From Hydrurus foetidus (lineage: Eukaryota): a DNA stretch of 64,000 bases. Every line of letters starts with the position of its first letter. Position 1 is the first letter of the stretch. This document shows, piece after piece, positions 27,316 through 37,387 of the stretch. The notes under the pieces were generated by a model. That model worked only from the letters and a program-made list of their open reading frames with translations, did no database searches and was not told where the DNA came from. The stretch lies in the NCBI GenBank assembly GCA_900617105.1, contig UYFQ01000732.1:1-64000 (forward strand), in the 5' to 3' direction. Made by a program: the position numbers and the translations under genes.

Positions 27316-27717
27316 CTAGGCCGGCTGCAACCCCATGCGTATGCAGATGGTGTTGACCTTGTCTTCCAAAACTGCCTTGGTAAAAGGCTTGACGATGTAG
27401 CCCGAAGCCCCTTGTTGGGCGGCCAGCACGATGTCTTCTTTGCGCGCCTCGGCCGTCACCAGTAAAAAGGGCAAGTGCTTGAGGCTGGGGTCCCCGCGGA
27501 CTGCGGCAAGCAGCGCAAAGCCGTTCATATTGGGCATGTTGATATCGCTGATGACAAAGTCGAACTTGCTGTTGCGAAGCTGTTGCAGGGCAACTACACC
27601 GTCCTCGGCCTCCGCCGACTCCCCGTACCCGCTCTCCTTAAGCAAATTGCGGATGATGCGTCGCATCGTCGAAAAGTCGTCCACCACCAAAAATCGTAAG
27701 TTATTCACCACGAACAT
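27316..27717 (-). CDS. cheY: Chemotaxis response regulator CheY
   Basis: [39 protein letters not shown]; start within 27708-27717. Confidence 0.92.
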   Translation of the reverse strand: MFVVNNLRFLVVDDFSTMRRIIRNLLKESGYGESAEAEDGVVALQQLRNSKFDFVISDINMPNMNGFALLAAVRGDPSLKHLPFLLVTAEARKEDIVLAAQQGASGYIVKPFTKAVLEDKVNTICIRMGLQPA

Positions 27718-27722
27718 TCCTT

Positions 27723-28352
27723 TCAAAACCCCAGGGACGCCAACAGGTCGTCCACATCGCCTTGCTGCATGGCCTCGGTTGCAACCTGAGGGCCTTCCAG
27801 CTTGTGGGTGTGGACATTCAGTTCCACAGGGCTCACCACCTCTGCGGGTTTCAGATGTGCAGAGCTATCTACCAACAAATGCAGCAGTTGCATCTCGGTG
27901 CGGCTGATGATGTCGATCACCTTCTTGATCACCTGCCCGGAGAGGTCTTGAAAGTCCTGCGCCATCATGATGTCGCTGAGCACATTGCGCTGGTTCTCGG
28001 AAAACTCGGAGGTTCGACGGGCAAATGAACCGCAGACGTGGAGCAAGCCGCGGGCTTTCTCAACACTCATGTCGTCCGCAGCGGCGATTCGATGTAATGA
28101 TTCGCCCAGTTCCTTGCCACGGCTCGCCAGGTCATCGCAAGCGGGCTTGGCCTCCTCCACCAGGTTAAGCACCTTGTTGGCGGCGTCCTCGGTCATCTTG
28201 CCCACATAGGCAAGCCGATCGCGCGCATTCGGAATTTCCTCCATGATGCTGTACAACTGGTTGCCGCCCAGAACAGCGAGCGCTTCGTGCAACTCACGTG
28301 TAATGCCTCCCAATCGGGAAAAGGCTTCTTCTTTGCTAATGCTGGAAGTCAT
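27723..28352 (-). CDS. cheZ: CheY-P phosphatase CheZ
   Basis: [15 protein letters not shown] (DxxxQ) and C-terminal [11 protein letters not shown]. Confidence 0.92.
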   Translation of the reverse strand: MTSSISKEEAFSRLGGITRELHEALAVLGGNQLYSIMEEIPNARDRLAYVGKMTEDAANKVLNLVEEAKPACDDLASRGKELGESLHRIAAADDMSVEKARGLLHVCGSFARRTSEFSENQRNVLSDIMMAQDFQDLSGQVIKKVIDIISRTEMQLLHLLVDSSAHLKPAEVVSPVELNVHTHKLEGPQVATEAMQQGDVDDLLASLGF

Positions 28353-28405
28353 GAAAATTCACTTTCAATCGTCTTTGTTTCATAGATCGCCATGGGCATG
28401 CAAGC

Positions 28406-29629
28406 TTAACGCCCGGGGAACAGCAGCTCGTTCAAATCTGGAAAATTCCAGTTGGACGGATCCTCACGGGCCGCGATTTTTTCGGTCTCGCCGGGCTGGG
28501 ACAGGTCAATCACTTCGGGCACGATGCGCAAATGGGAGTTGGTGGAATAGAACACCCGCACGGCAGGCGTGGTCAGCGACTTGCCGGTCTGTTCCACCAC
28601 CACACCCAGGCGCACTGATGTGAGGCGCACCAGTGAACCGATGGGGTAAATGCCCAGACACTTCACAAACGCCTGGAACACCATGGGGTCGAAATGGCCG
28701 GTCCACTCCGCCATCTTGCTCAGCGATTCTGCAGGGTCCCAGCCAGTCTTGTAGGGGCGGTTGGAGGTAATGGCGTCGTACACATCACATACCGCGCCCA
28801 TCTTGGCCAACAAGCTGATGTCGGGCCCTTTGAGTCCTTTGGGATACCCCGATCCATCCATTTTTTCATGGTGGTGCAGGCACACATCCAGCACCCTGGG
28901 GTCGATGTCGTGGCCCGCCAGCAGCATGCGGTGGCCGATCTCGGGGTGTGTCTTGATGATGGCGAACTCCGCATCGGTGAGCTTGCCGGGTTTATCCAGC
29001 ACCTCCATGGGCATGGACGCCTTGCCCAGGTCGTGCATCAACCCTGCCATGCCTGCAATGCGGGTCTGCTCTTCGTCCAGCCCCAGCTGCCGCGCGAGCG
29101 CAACCATCATGGCGCAGACCGCCACCGAGTGCGAATAGGTGTAGTCATCCACAGATTTCAGGCGCGCCAGGCTGATGAGGGCACTCGCATTGCGCGACAA
29201 GGAGTCCGAGATCTCCTGCACCAGCGCCCTGGCAGTGCCGGTGTCCACTGCGTTGCCCATGCGCGCTTCCTGGAACATGGACATCACAGCCCGGCGGGAT
29301 TGGGCAAAAATCTTCACGGCCTGCGCCAGCTCTGCCTGGGCCGAGACCGGCCCCAGCAAGCGCTTTTCCACATCGGCCTTCTTCAGCTCAGCGTTTACCT
29401 GCTCCTCAGACTCCACCTCAGACACAGCGCTTTCACCGCGGGCCACATCCAGCCCCTTGGCACAGTCAATCCAGACCTCCCGGATGTTGCTGGTAAGAAT
29501 GGTCTTGATGTCCTTCGGGTCGGTGATCACAAACCCCGAACGCCAGAAGGGATGGTCCATCCAGGAACCACAAAATTCCTTGAGGTGCATGCCGACCGTC
29601 AATTGTTGAATACCAATTTTTTTGAGCAT
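28406..29629 (-). CDS. HD-GYP c-di-GMP phosphodiesterase with DUF3391-like N-terminus
   Basis: YTYSHSV, HDLGK, HHEKMDGSGYP, DVYDAITSNRPY. Confidence 0.9.
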   Translation of the reverse strand: MLKKIGIQQLTVGMHLKEFCGSWMDHPFWRSGFVITDPKDIKTILTSNIREVWIDCAKGLDVARGESAVSEVESEEQVNAELKKADVEKRLLGPVSAQAELAQAVKIFAQSRRAVMSMFQEARMGNAVDTGTARALVQEISDSLSRNASALISLARLKSVDDYTYSHSVAVCAMMVALARQLGLDEEQTRIAGMAGLMHDLGKASMPMEVLDKPGKLTDAEFAIIKTHPEIGHRMLLAGHDIDPRVLDVCLHHHEKMDGSGYPKGLKGPDISLLAKMGAVCDVYDAITSNRPYKTGWDPAESLSKMAEWTGHFDPMVFQAFVKCLGIYPIGSLVRLTSVRLGVVVEQTGKSLTTPAVRVFYSTNSHLRIVPEVIDLSQPGETEKIAAREDPSNWNFPDLNELLFPGR

Positions 29630-29656
29630 GGTCAGCCTAGGCGTGCTTCATGGGCT

Positions 29657-31426
29657 TCAGAACGTTTCCCAGTCTTCATCCGCGCCTTTGGCGGTGGCCG
29701 GTGCTGGCGTAGAGGCGTTGGCTTTGGGCTTGGCGGCAACTAGCGTCTTGGGCGCAGCCAACTGCCTGGTCTGCATGCCCACCTTGCGCAAAGCGGGGCT
29801 GGCCAGCTTGGCGGCCGAGAAGCCGGACGTAAGCTCACGCACCGGGGCTCTTGTTGCCACCGCCACTGCGCTCTGGCCCAGCTTGAATATGCTGACGGTA
29901 TGCACCAAGTCCTGCGCCTGAGACTTCAAGCTGCTGGCAGCCGCAGCCATCTCTTCGACAAGTGCCGCATTTTGCTGGGTTACCTGGTCCATCTGCATCA
30001 CGGCCTCGCCCACCTGGGACACACCGGCCGACTGCTCATTGCTGGCCGCGCTGATTTCACCCATAAGGTCGGTCACGCGCTTGATGGCATTCACCACCTC
30101 GGTCATGGTGGTGCCAGCCTGGTCTACCAGACTGGTGCCAAACTCCACGCGCTCCACGCTGGCGCCAATCAGTACCTTGATTTCCTTGGCGGCCTGGGCA
30201 GAGCGCCCCGCGAGGGAGCGCACCTCAGTCGCCACCACCGCAAAGCCGCGGCCCTGCTCGCCGGCGCGCGCCGCTTCCACCGCAGCGTTTAGCGCCAAAA
30301 TATTGGTTTGGAATGCAATGCCGTCAATCACGCTGATGATGTCGGCAATCTTGCGTGAAGACTCGTTGATGCTTTTCATGGTCTCCACGACCTGGCCCAC
30401 CACCTCGCCGCCTTTGACGGCAACGCTTGAGGCTTTGATTGCCAACTGGTTGGCTTGGCGGGCGCCATCGGCATTTTGCTTCACCGTCGCGCTGAGTTGT
30501 TCCATGGACGCTGCAGTCTGCTCGAGGGAGCTGGCCTGTTCTTCGGTGCGCGCACTCAGGTCGTAGTTGCCCTGGGCAATCTCAGAGCTCGCGTTGGCCA
30601 CACCGTTGGAGCCCTGGCGCACCTTGGTGACCACTTGCGCCAGGTGTTCCTGCATGCGCTTGAGTTGGGCCATCAGGCTTTGCGTGTCATTCGCCCGCAC
30701 ATCAATGTGCAAAGTCAAATCGCCCCCGGCTACCGCTTCAGCCACCTTGGCGGCCTGGGCGGGTTCGCCCCCCAGTTGTCCCGTGATGGAGCGGGTAACC
30801 CGCCAACCCACCACGATCGCCGTAGCAATACTCAATGCATTGGCAACAAGCAACAATGTAAGGGCGTGGGTGTAGTCGGCTTCGGCGGCGTCAAACTGCT
30901 TGTCGTTCTGCGCCTGCTGAAAGTCGATGTTTTCTTGTAGTGCGTCCTGCCATTTTTGAGCGGCCGGGCCTGCCTCTTTAGACAGCAAGGCCATAGCTTC
31001 ATCGTCTTTGTCCGCCATGCCCAACTCAACAACCCGGTTATTGAGCGGGCGGGCTGCATTCTTTGCCTCTTCAATCCTGGCGCGCAATGCCTTGCCAGCC
31101 TCGTTAGCCGTGAACGTCTGCAACGACTCCCAGGCCTTGTCGTAGTCTGCCCGGGCCAAGGCAATTTTTTTAGCCTCGTTGCTCATTTCAGCCGCATCGC
31201 GTTGCAACACGACAGTTCGCACTACGCGCACCACGATGTGAATGGCGTTCGACATGTCGTTGCTCAACTTGATCTTGACGTTGTTGTCTTTGACAATAAC
31301 GCGAAGGTTGTCTTCTATGTTCCCGAGCTTGGACATGGAGAGCGCAGCAGCAACGATGCTGATAGCCAACACGGCGCCAAAGGCGCTGGCCAGCCTGGCC
31401 GAAACACTCATATTGTTGAAATTCAT
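29657..31426 (-). CDS. Methyl-accepting chemotaxis protein (4HB sensor, HAMP, C-terminal pentapeptide)
   Basis: Two TM segments; IAFQTNILALNAAVEAARAGEQGRGFAVVA; ends DWETF. Confidence 0.93.
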   Translation of the reverse strand: MNFNNMSVSARLASAFGAVLAISIVAAALSMSKLGNIEDNLRVIVKDNNVKIKLSNDMSNAIHIVVRVVRTVVLQRDAAEMSNEAKKIALARADYDKAWESLQTFTANEAGKALRARIEEAKNAARPLNNRVVELGMADKDDEAMALLSKEAGPAAQKWQDALQENIDFQQAQNDKQFDAAEADYTHALTLLLVANALSIATAIVVGWRVTRSITGQLGGEPAQAAKVAEAVAGGDLTLHIDVRANDTQSLMAQLKRMQEHLAQVVTKVRQGSNGVANASSEIAQGNYDLSARTEEQASSLEQTAASMEQLSATVKQNADGARQANQLAIKASSVAVKGGEVVGQVVETMKSINESSRKIADIISVIDGIAFQTNILALNAAVEAARAGEQGRGFAVVATEVRSLAGRSAQAAKEIKVLIGASVERVEFGTSLVDQAGTTMTEVVNAIKRVTDLMGEISAASNEQSAGVSQVGEAVMQMDQVTQQNAALVEEMAAAASSLKSQAQDLVHTVSIFKLGQSAVAVATRAPVRELTSGFSAAKLASPALRKVGMQTRQLAAPKTLVAAKPKANASTPAPATAKGADEDWETF

Positions 31427-31626
31427 GTATCCCCCAAAAGAACCGAACCGATTCCAACCAACATCAGAAAGCGCGAAGTGATTGAAATATACAAAGAATG
31501 CTGCCCTAAGCACATCAGGCGAACACCTGAGTTCTTCCAGGGAAAACCTGTATCCCTTGAAAATCACCGGTAGAAAGTCAGGCATTCACGGTGCATAGCC
31601 GCGCGCAAAGCCCCCAGAATAGGGGC

Positions 31627-34386
31627 ATGCCATTTGAACTGCCTGAGTCATCCCCCGCCGCGCATGGCAAAGGCCATACCCGCCGGACTGGCCAAAAGCA
31701 GCTGCTGTGGATTGCCATCGCCGTGATTGTGGTTTCAGGTGGCTTGCTGACATGGGCGCTCAATACGTTGCACGAGCAAGCCTTGCGCACGGGCGCGCAA
31801 TTGAGTGTGTCGTTTGCCCACGTCATTGAGGAACAGACGTCGCGCACCTTCCAGGCGGTAGACCAGCGGCTCCAGCTGGTCGCCAAGGATGTGCATGCGC
31901 TGGCAAAGTCTGGACCCATTGCCAAACAAGAAGTGCAATCGGTATTGCGCAACCACCTCAAGGAACAGCCGGATATCCGCGCCTTCTGGATCACAGATGC
32001 CATGGGCCAAGTGCAATACGCCACCCAAGCCGAGTTGACGGGGCAAAGCATGGCTGGATCTGACACCTTTCAGATCTACTTGAATGCGGCCGAAACGGCT
32101 TTCTCTATCACCAACCCTGTTTACAGCCGCACTTCCGACGGTTGGGTTATCCACGCATCGCGTCCGCTGACAACAGCAGATGGAAAGTTTTCTGGGGTGG
32201 TCGTTGCCGCCTTGGACATTGCCTATTTTGAGCGGATCTGGAGCAATCTGGAAGTGGGCCGACAAGGTTCGATTGCATTGCTGCGCGAGGATGGGACCCT
32301 GATGGCGCGCAGCCCTGTCGTCGCATCCGCTTTGGGCAAGAATTTCTCCCAGATCCTGGCGCTCAAAGGCTTGGGGGCCGGCACAGGGAGCGGTACGCTG
32401 CATGACGTCAGCCCGATCGATAACCTGGACCGCGTTGTGGCCTACCGGCCGTTGTCCTTCCCGGCCGGCTTTGTCGTGACGGTGGGGCAGTCCACCGAAC
32501 TGGTGCTGCGCGCCTGGGGGCACTTCGCATCGGTGGCCGCTGGCGTCTGGGTGTTGGCGGCGGCGGCCATCGTCCTTCTGTGTTCTCTGTTGGGGCGCGC
32601 CGGACACAAGCGCGTTCGCGCAGAGGAAGGACAGCTCCGGATTTTCGAGCGTATTACCGATGCCTTTATGGCGCTGGACACGCAATGGCGCATCATTCAC
32701 ATCAACCACCGCGCAGAGCAAATGCTGTCTCGTCCTACAGGCTCGCTGCTGGGGAAACACCTCTGGGACGAATTTTCTCTGGATGTCAAAGACAACTTCC
32801 GTATGACGTGTGAGACGGCGATGGCAAGCCACCAGCCGGCGCATATGGAGGAGTATTACCCGCCGCTGCAGCGTTGGTTCGAAACACGCGTTTACCCGTC
32901 ACCGCAGGGCTTAACCCTGTATTTCCAGGATGTCTCTGTACGCAAACATGCAGAGCAGGCCTTGCGGTCCAGCGAACTGCGCTACCGCCAGCTATTTGAA
33001 AACAACCCACAAACCATGTGGGTCATAGCCAATGAGGATTTGCGTTTCCTGGCGATCAACGATGCTGCCGTGGCAAGCTACGGCTACAGCCGCGAAGAGT
33101 TTTTGCAGTTGAAGCTGCTGGATATACGCCCGCCCGAAGATGCCAAGGAATTGCTGGCCTACACCGCCCGGCGGCGCACCGGTATGAACCGGCAAGGACT
33201 ATGGCGCCACCAACGCAAAGATGGCAGCCTGATGCTGGTGGAGATCACCTCACACACCCTGGACTGGGATGGTCAACCGGGCCAGCTGGCTCTGATCAAC
33301 GATGTGACAGAACGGGAGAAATCGCAAGAGGCTCTGCACGTCAGTGACCTGGCACTCAAGGCGGTGTCACAGGGTGTGCTGATCACCGGGTTGGACCGCC
33401 GCATCCTGACAGTCAACGAGGCCTTTCAGTCGACCACCGGCTATAGCCAGAAAGATGTCATCGGCAAGACCAGCGACTTCCTGTGGGGGCCGCTGACGGA
33501 TCCGAAATCGTTGGCACTGCTGGAGCAGTGCATCCAGGAAGAGCTCGAGTATTCCTGCGAACTGATTCACTATAAGAAGAATGGCGAGACCTTCTGGAAC
33601 GACCTGTCCGTGGCGCCCGTGCGCAGCCCGCACGGTGAGCTGAGCCATTTCATCAGCATCACCCGCGACATTTCAGAGCGTAAGCGGGCTGAGCTGGCCA
33701 TGCGAGAAAGCAAGAAACAGCTCAAAGAACTGTCCCGCCGAGTGCTAGAAGCGCAAGAAGTAGAGCGCCGCCGCGTGGCGCGTGAATTGCACGACGAGCT
33801 GGGCCAGTCCTTAACGGCTATCAAGATCAACTTGCAGTCGTTTGGGCGTTTCCCGAACCAATCGCCGGCGGACCTTCTCGCAGAGAACATCCGCATCGTG
33901 GACGATGTGTTGCAACAGGTGCGCAGCCTGGCGCTAGCGCTGCGGCCCTCGGTTCTGGATGACCTGGGCCTGGTACCCGCACTGCGTTGGATATCGGAAC
34001 AGACCGCCCACCGCACGGGTTTGACGGTCGCATTTGAAACAAGCGTAGAACCCGCACGCCTTACTCCGGACATTGAGACCGCCTGTTTTCGGATTACCCA
34101 GGAAGCCCTGACCAATGTAGTTCGCTATGCGCAGGCCACCCATGTCACGGTCCACCTGCATCGCAATCGCGACTCCTTGGTCCTGACCGTGTCAGACGAC
34201 GGGCGCGGATTCGACTTTGCAGCTATGCGCTTGCGTGCCCAGGCAGGCGCCAGCCTGGGCGTACTGGGTATGGAAGAACGTGCAACACTGGTGGGTGGTC
34301 AATTGCAGATTGACTCCTCCCCGGGACAAGGCAGCACCGTGTGCTTGCGCTGCCCCTGGTTGCTACAAACGAAAGATAAAGAATGA
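31627..34386 (+). CDS. Sensor histidine kinase: dCache-like, 3 PAS, HisKA_3, HATPase
   Basis: Two TMs; three PAS/PAC ends (QDVS, NDVT, RDIS); ERRRVARELHDELGQ; EALTN, DDGRG. Confidence 0.9.
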   Translation: MPFELPESSPAAHGKGHTRRTGQKQLLWIAIAVIVVSGGLLTWALNTLHEQALRTGAQLSVSFAHVIEEQTSRTFQAVDQRLQLVAKDVHALAKSGPIAKQEVQSVLRNHLKEQPDIRAFWITDAMGQVQYATQAELTGQSMAGSDTFQIYLNAAETAFSITNPVYSRTSDGWVIHASRPLTTADGKFSGVVVAALDIAYFERIWSNLEVGRQGSIALLREDGTLMARSPVVASALGKNFSQILALKGLGAGTGSGTLHDVSPIDNLDRVVAYRPLSFPAGFVVTVGQSTELVLRAWGHFASVAAGVWVLAAAAIVLLCSLLGRAGHKRVRAEEGQLRIFERITDAFMALDTQWRIIHINHRAEQMLSRPTGSLLGKHLWDEFSLDVKDNFRMTCETAMASHQPAHMEEYYPPLQRWFETRVYPSPQGLTLYFQDVSVRKHAEQALRSSELRYRQLFENNPQTMWVIANEDLRFLAINDAAVASYGYSREEFLQLKLLDIRPPEDAKELLAYTARRRTGMNRQGLWRHQRKDGSLMLVEITSHTLDWDGQPGQLALINDVTEREKSQEALHVSDLALKAVSQGVLITGLDRRILTVNEAFQSTTGYSQKDVIGKTSDFLWGPLTDPKSLALLEQCIQEELEYSCELIHYKKNGETFWNDLSVAPVRSPHGELSHFISITRDISERKRAELAMRESKKQLKELSRRVLEAQEVERRRVARELHDELGQSLTAIKINLQSFGRFPNQSPADLLAENIRIVDDVLQQVRSLALALRPSVLDDLGLVPALRWISEQTAHRTGLTVAFETSVEPARLTPDIETACFRITQEALTNVVRYAQATHVTVHLHRNRDSLVLTVSDDGRGFDFAAMRLRAQAGASLGVLGMEERATLVGGQLQIDSSPGQGSTVCLRCPWLLQTKDKE

Positions 34387-35036
34387 AGACAATACGTGTG
34401 CTTCTGGCCGACGACCATACCCTGGTACGCGCGGGACTGCGCAAACTGCTGGAGTCCATCCCTGATCTGGAAGTCGTTGGCGAAGCCAGCGATGGCTTGG
34501 CGTTGCTGGCCTTGGTGGAGGAGCTGCGCCCCGACCTTGTCTTGATGGACATTGCCATGCCAGGCCTCAACGGACTGGAAGCTACCGCCCGCGTACTGAA
34601 GCTCTGGCCCGACACCCGTGTACTGATTTTGTCCATGCACCAGAGTGAAGAGTACGTGCGCCAGGCCTTACGCAACGGGGCCGCAGCCTACTTGCTGAAA
34701 GACGCCGCCCCCGACGAGTTGGAGATTGCCATCAAGGCCGTGCAACGCAACGAAACCTACCTGAGCCCGGCCGTCTCCAAAGGCGTGCTCAGCGACTATG
34801 TGCAACGGCTGCGCGGCGAGGACTCACCGGCTACGCAACTGACACCACGCCAGCGAGAGGTGTTGCAGCTGATTGCCGAAGGACAAAGCACCAAGGAAAT
34901 AGCACGCCGACTCGAACTTTCTGTCAAAACGGTGGACACGCACCGCAGCCAGTTGATGCGGCAACTTGATATCCATGAAGTGGCAGGCTTGGTGCGGCAT
35001 GCCATGCGCATCGGTCTAATCTCCGCGAGCGACTGA
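34383..35036 (+). CDS. NarL/LuxR-family response regulator
   Basis: ADDH, MDIAMP, LTPRQREVLQLIAEG; ATGA overlap with the kinase. Confidence 0.92.
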   Translation: MKTIRVLLADDHTLVRAGLRKLLESIPDLEVVGEASDGLALLALVEELRPDLVLMDIAMPGLNGLEATARVLKLWPDTRVLILSMHQSEEYVRQALRNGAAAYLLKDAAPDELEIAIKAVQRNETYLSPAVSKGVLSDYVQRLRGEDSPATQLTPRQREVLQLIAEGQSTKEIARRLELSVKTVDTHRSQLMRQLDIHEVAGLVRHAMRIGLISASD

Positions 35037-35129
35037 GGCGCTGGTCGCCCACTCAGGTGTTTTCCATTCGCTGACTCAGGTATTGGCCCGATGTCCATTT
35101 GTCTGCCCCACTCTGACAATGGGGCACCT

Positions 35130-35534
35130 ATGACAATTCGAATTCTCCTGGTCGACGACAGCCGCCATTTGCTCATCGCAGTGCGGCAGTTTCTGGCCAC
35201 ACTGCCAGGCACTGAAGTGTGCGGGGAAGCCCATGATGGACAGGAGGGGCTGGCCCTCGTGGCCCAGCTCAAACCCGATCTGGTTTTGCTGGACATCTCC
35301 ATGCCCGTCATGAATGGGCTGGATATGGCACGCGCCCTGCAAACATTTTCCCAAGCACCGCAGATCGTGTTTCTGTCGCTGCATGAGGGCTCCGCCTATG
35401 CGTCGGCAGCCCAGAAACTGGGTGCATTGGCATTGATCCGCAAGTCCGACCTGGTGGAGGGGCTCCCCCCCCTTATCCAGAAGCTGCAGGCAGACCAGCA
35501 GGCCCAAAGCGCACTGGCAACCCCAGTGCAATAG
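35130..35534 (+). CDS. Single-domain response regulator
   Basis: LVDD, LDISMP, FLS, RK; no output domain. Confidence 0.85.
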   Translation: MTIRILLVDDSRHLLIAVRQFLATLPGTEVCGEAHDGQEGLALVAQLKPDLVLLDISMPVMNGLDMARALQTFSQAPQIVFLSLHEGSAYASAAQKLGALALIRKSDLVEGLPPLIQKLQADQQAQSALATPVQ

Positions 35535-35538
35535 CAGC

Positions 35539-36267
35539 TCAGGATTCGCGTCTGGAAGCCAAGCACGGTCTCAGTTGCGCCCAGCCGTCAGCCATGCCCT
35601 GGAGGTCCGTCTTTTCAGCGGCGGTCTCCACCCCGAGTGCAACTGCGCCGGCCTCCTGAAATCCCAGCGTTTGCAGCACAGTAGCCAGACTGTGCGCCAA
35701 CCGCCGCAAAGCGGGTGCGTCCTGAGTGGCTAACGCCTGGTCTCCGACAAGGCGGTCATGGGCAAACTGGTTGAAGCAGCTGTCACGGTAGGCAAGAAAC
35801 AACACCACATCCCCCGCAAAATGCGCGTTGATCGCTCGGCGCTCCTCGGAGGTCAAGTCGTCTTTGACATGCGCCGGCTCATGGGGCGCCCCAGCCTTGA
35901 ACTGCAGGGCATCACACACGCAGGCTTCCAGTGCCACCACGGAAACGGGCTTGGACAAAATTCGCCAGACCTGCAGGGCTTCAAGCTTCTGGCGAATCTC
36001 GGGGTTCAGGCCCGCACTGAACGCCACCAGCAATGCGTCTTGGCGCAGCGCCGGCTGGTCCCGCAGCGTCTCCAGCAAACTCATGCCCGATTCACCGGGC
36101 AACATCAGATCTGTAATCAGTAGGCGCACAGGCTTCACACGCAGCACATGCAGTGCCGCTGCGACACGGGTGCAGATGACCAGCTCGATCGGTAAATCCT
36201 CAAGCGCGATGGCGACGAAACGCGCGATGGACGGATCGTCCTCCACCAGCAGTACGCGTTCAGACAC
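35539..36267 (-). CDS. Receiver plus Hpt-like domain protein
   Basis: VEDD, ITDLMLP, FSA, SKP; C-terminal helical LRRLAHSL...LG. Confidence 0.75.
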   Translation of the reverse strand: MSERVLLVEDDPSIARFVAIALEDLPIELVICTRVAAALHVLRVKPVRLLITDLMLPGESGMSLLETLRDQPALRQDALLVAFSAGLNPEIRQKLEALQVWRILSKPVSVVALEACVCDALQFKAGAPHEPAHVKDDLTSEERRAINAHFAGDVVLFLAYRDSCFNQFAHDRLVGDQALATQDAPALRRLAHSLATVLQTLGFQEAGAVALGVETAAEKTDLQGMADGWAQLRPCLASRRES

Positions 36268-36916
36268 GACGTTCCACTTTGTCCTGCGCTGCCGCAGACA
36301 GCAACGCGGGGAGCTCTTTCACCAGGTTGGGTTTGTGAATGACATCCATGCCCTGGAGTGCAAAGGCGTAGGGTGCGCGAGCGGCCTCGTCCAGCGAGGT
36401 CACCACGATCAGACGGCTGCTGGCAAATTGCGGCTGAGAGCGCAGCGCAGTGATCAAGGTGGCACCATCGATGCCGGGCAGCAGGATGTCGATCAACAAC
36501 ACGTCCGGCTGAAACTGCCCGTAGATGGCCAAGCCTGTAATACCGTCATTGGCCACCTGGAGATCGGCCTGCGGGAAATGCTGGCGGACCAACAAAGACA
36601 CCAGGTTCTGGAAATGTACAGAGTCCTCAATCAAAAGGATCTTGAGTGCGGCATCCGCAAAAGACTTTGACGATGCAGCCGCCGCATGTCCGGTGCGCCC
36701 GCCCACCTGCGATGCCGTCCCGCGACCGCGAATCCAGCGGTCCAGCGAGCTACGCGAGATACGACGATGCCCGCCAGGGGTCTTCCAAGCCTCCAGCTCC
36801 TGCCGGTCCACCATCAGCTGCACCGACCGCACCGCCAGCCCCAAAATACGTGCAGCCTCCATGGTGCTGCAAGTGTCTTGGTCTAACGCAGAGGTTGGCA
36901 TCATTTCATTTTTCAT
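36260..36916 (-). CDS. Excisionase-like HTH (HTH_17) plus receiver-domain regulator
   Basis: STMEAARILG...AWKTPGGHRRI; IEDS, IDILLP, VTS, HKP. Confidence 0.85.
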   Translation of the reverse strand: MKNEMMPTSALDQDTCSTMEAARILGLAVRSVQLMVDRQELEAWKTPGGHRRISRSSLDRWIRGRGTASQVGGRTGHAAAASSKSFADAALKILLIEDSVHFQNLVSLLVRQHFPQADLQVANDGITGLAIYGQFQPDVLLIDILLPGIDGATLITALRSQPQFASSRLIVVTSLDEAARAPYAFALQGMDVIHKPNLVKELPALLSAAAQDKVERRV

Positions 36917-37015
36917 GGTTCAAGCATTTTACATATCTAACAAAAAATTAAAAGCACTTTCAATTAATACATTTGATGTATATGATAAAAGCACCAATCG
37001 AAAAAATGCTTGTTC

Positions 37016-37387
37016 ATGAAAAAACTCCTCATTGTTGAAGACCACGCGGACATCCGCAAACTGTTGCGCATGACGTTGGAGTTCGAAGAATTCGATATCC
37101 ACGAAGCGTCAAACGGCGACGTCGGCCTGGCCATGGCACGGGACATCGTTCCGGACGTGGTGTTGCTGGACCTGATGATGCCCGGCTACCTCAACGGACT
37201 TGATGTGTGCCGCCACATCAAAGCGGACCCTGGCATGCAGCACACCAAAGTGATCATGCTCACCGCGCGAGGCAAAGCCAGTGACCAGGAAGCAGGGGCT
37301 CAAGCCGGCGCTGATGCGTACCTGACGAAGCCTTTCAGCACGCTGCAGGTTCTGGAAACCATTTACCGTCTGACAGGCACCCCATGA
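37016..37387 (+). CDS. Single-domain response regulator
   Basis: VEDH, LDLMMP, LTA, TKPF. Confidence 0.9.
   Translation: MKKLLIVEDHADIRKLLRMTLEFEEFDIHEASNGDVGLAMARDIVPDVVLLDLMMPGYLNGLDVCRHIKADPGMQHTKVIMLTARGKASDQEAGAQAGADAYLTKPFSTLQVLETIYRLTGTP

Noticed and set aside
36260..36916. Excisionase-like HTH as evidence of a prophage or ICE
   Set aside because: It is fused to a receiver domain and there are no integrase, att or phage genes.
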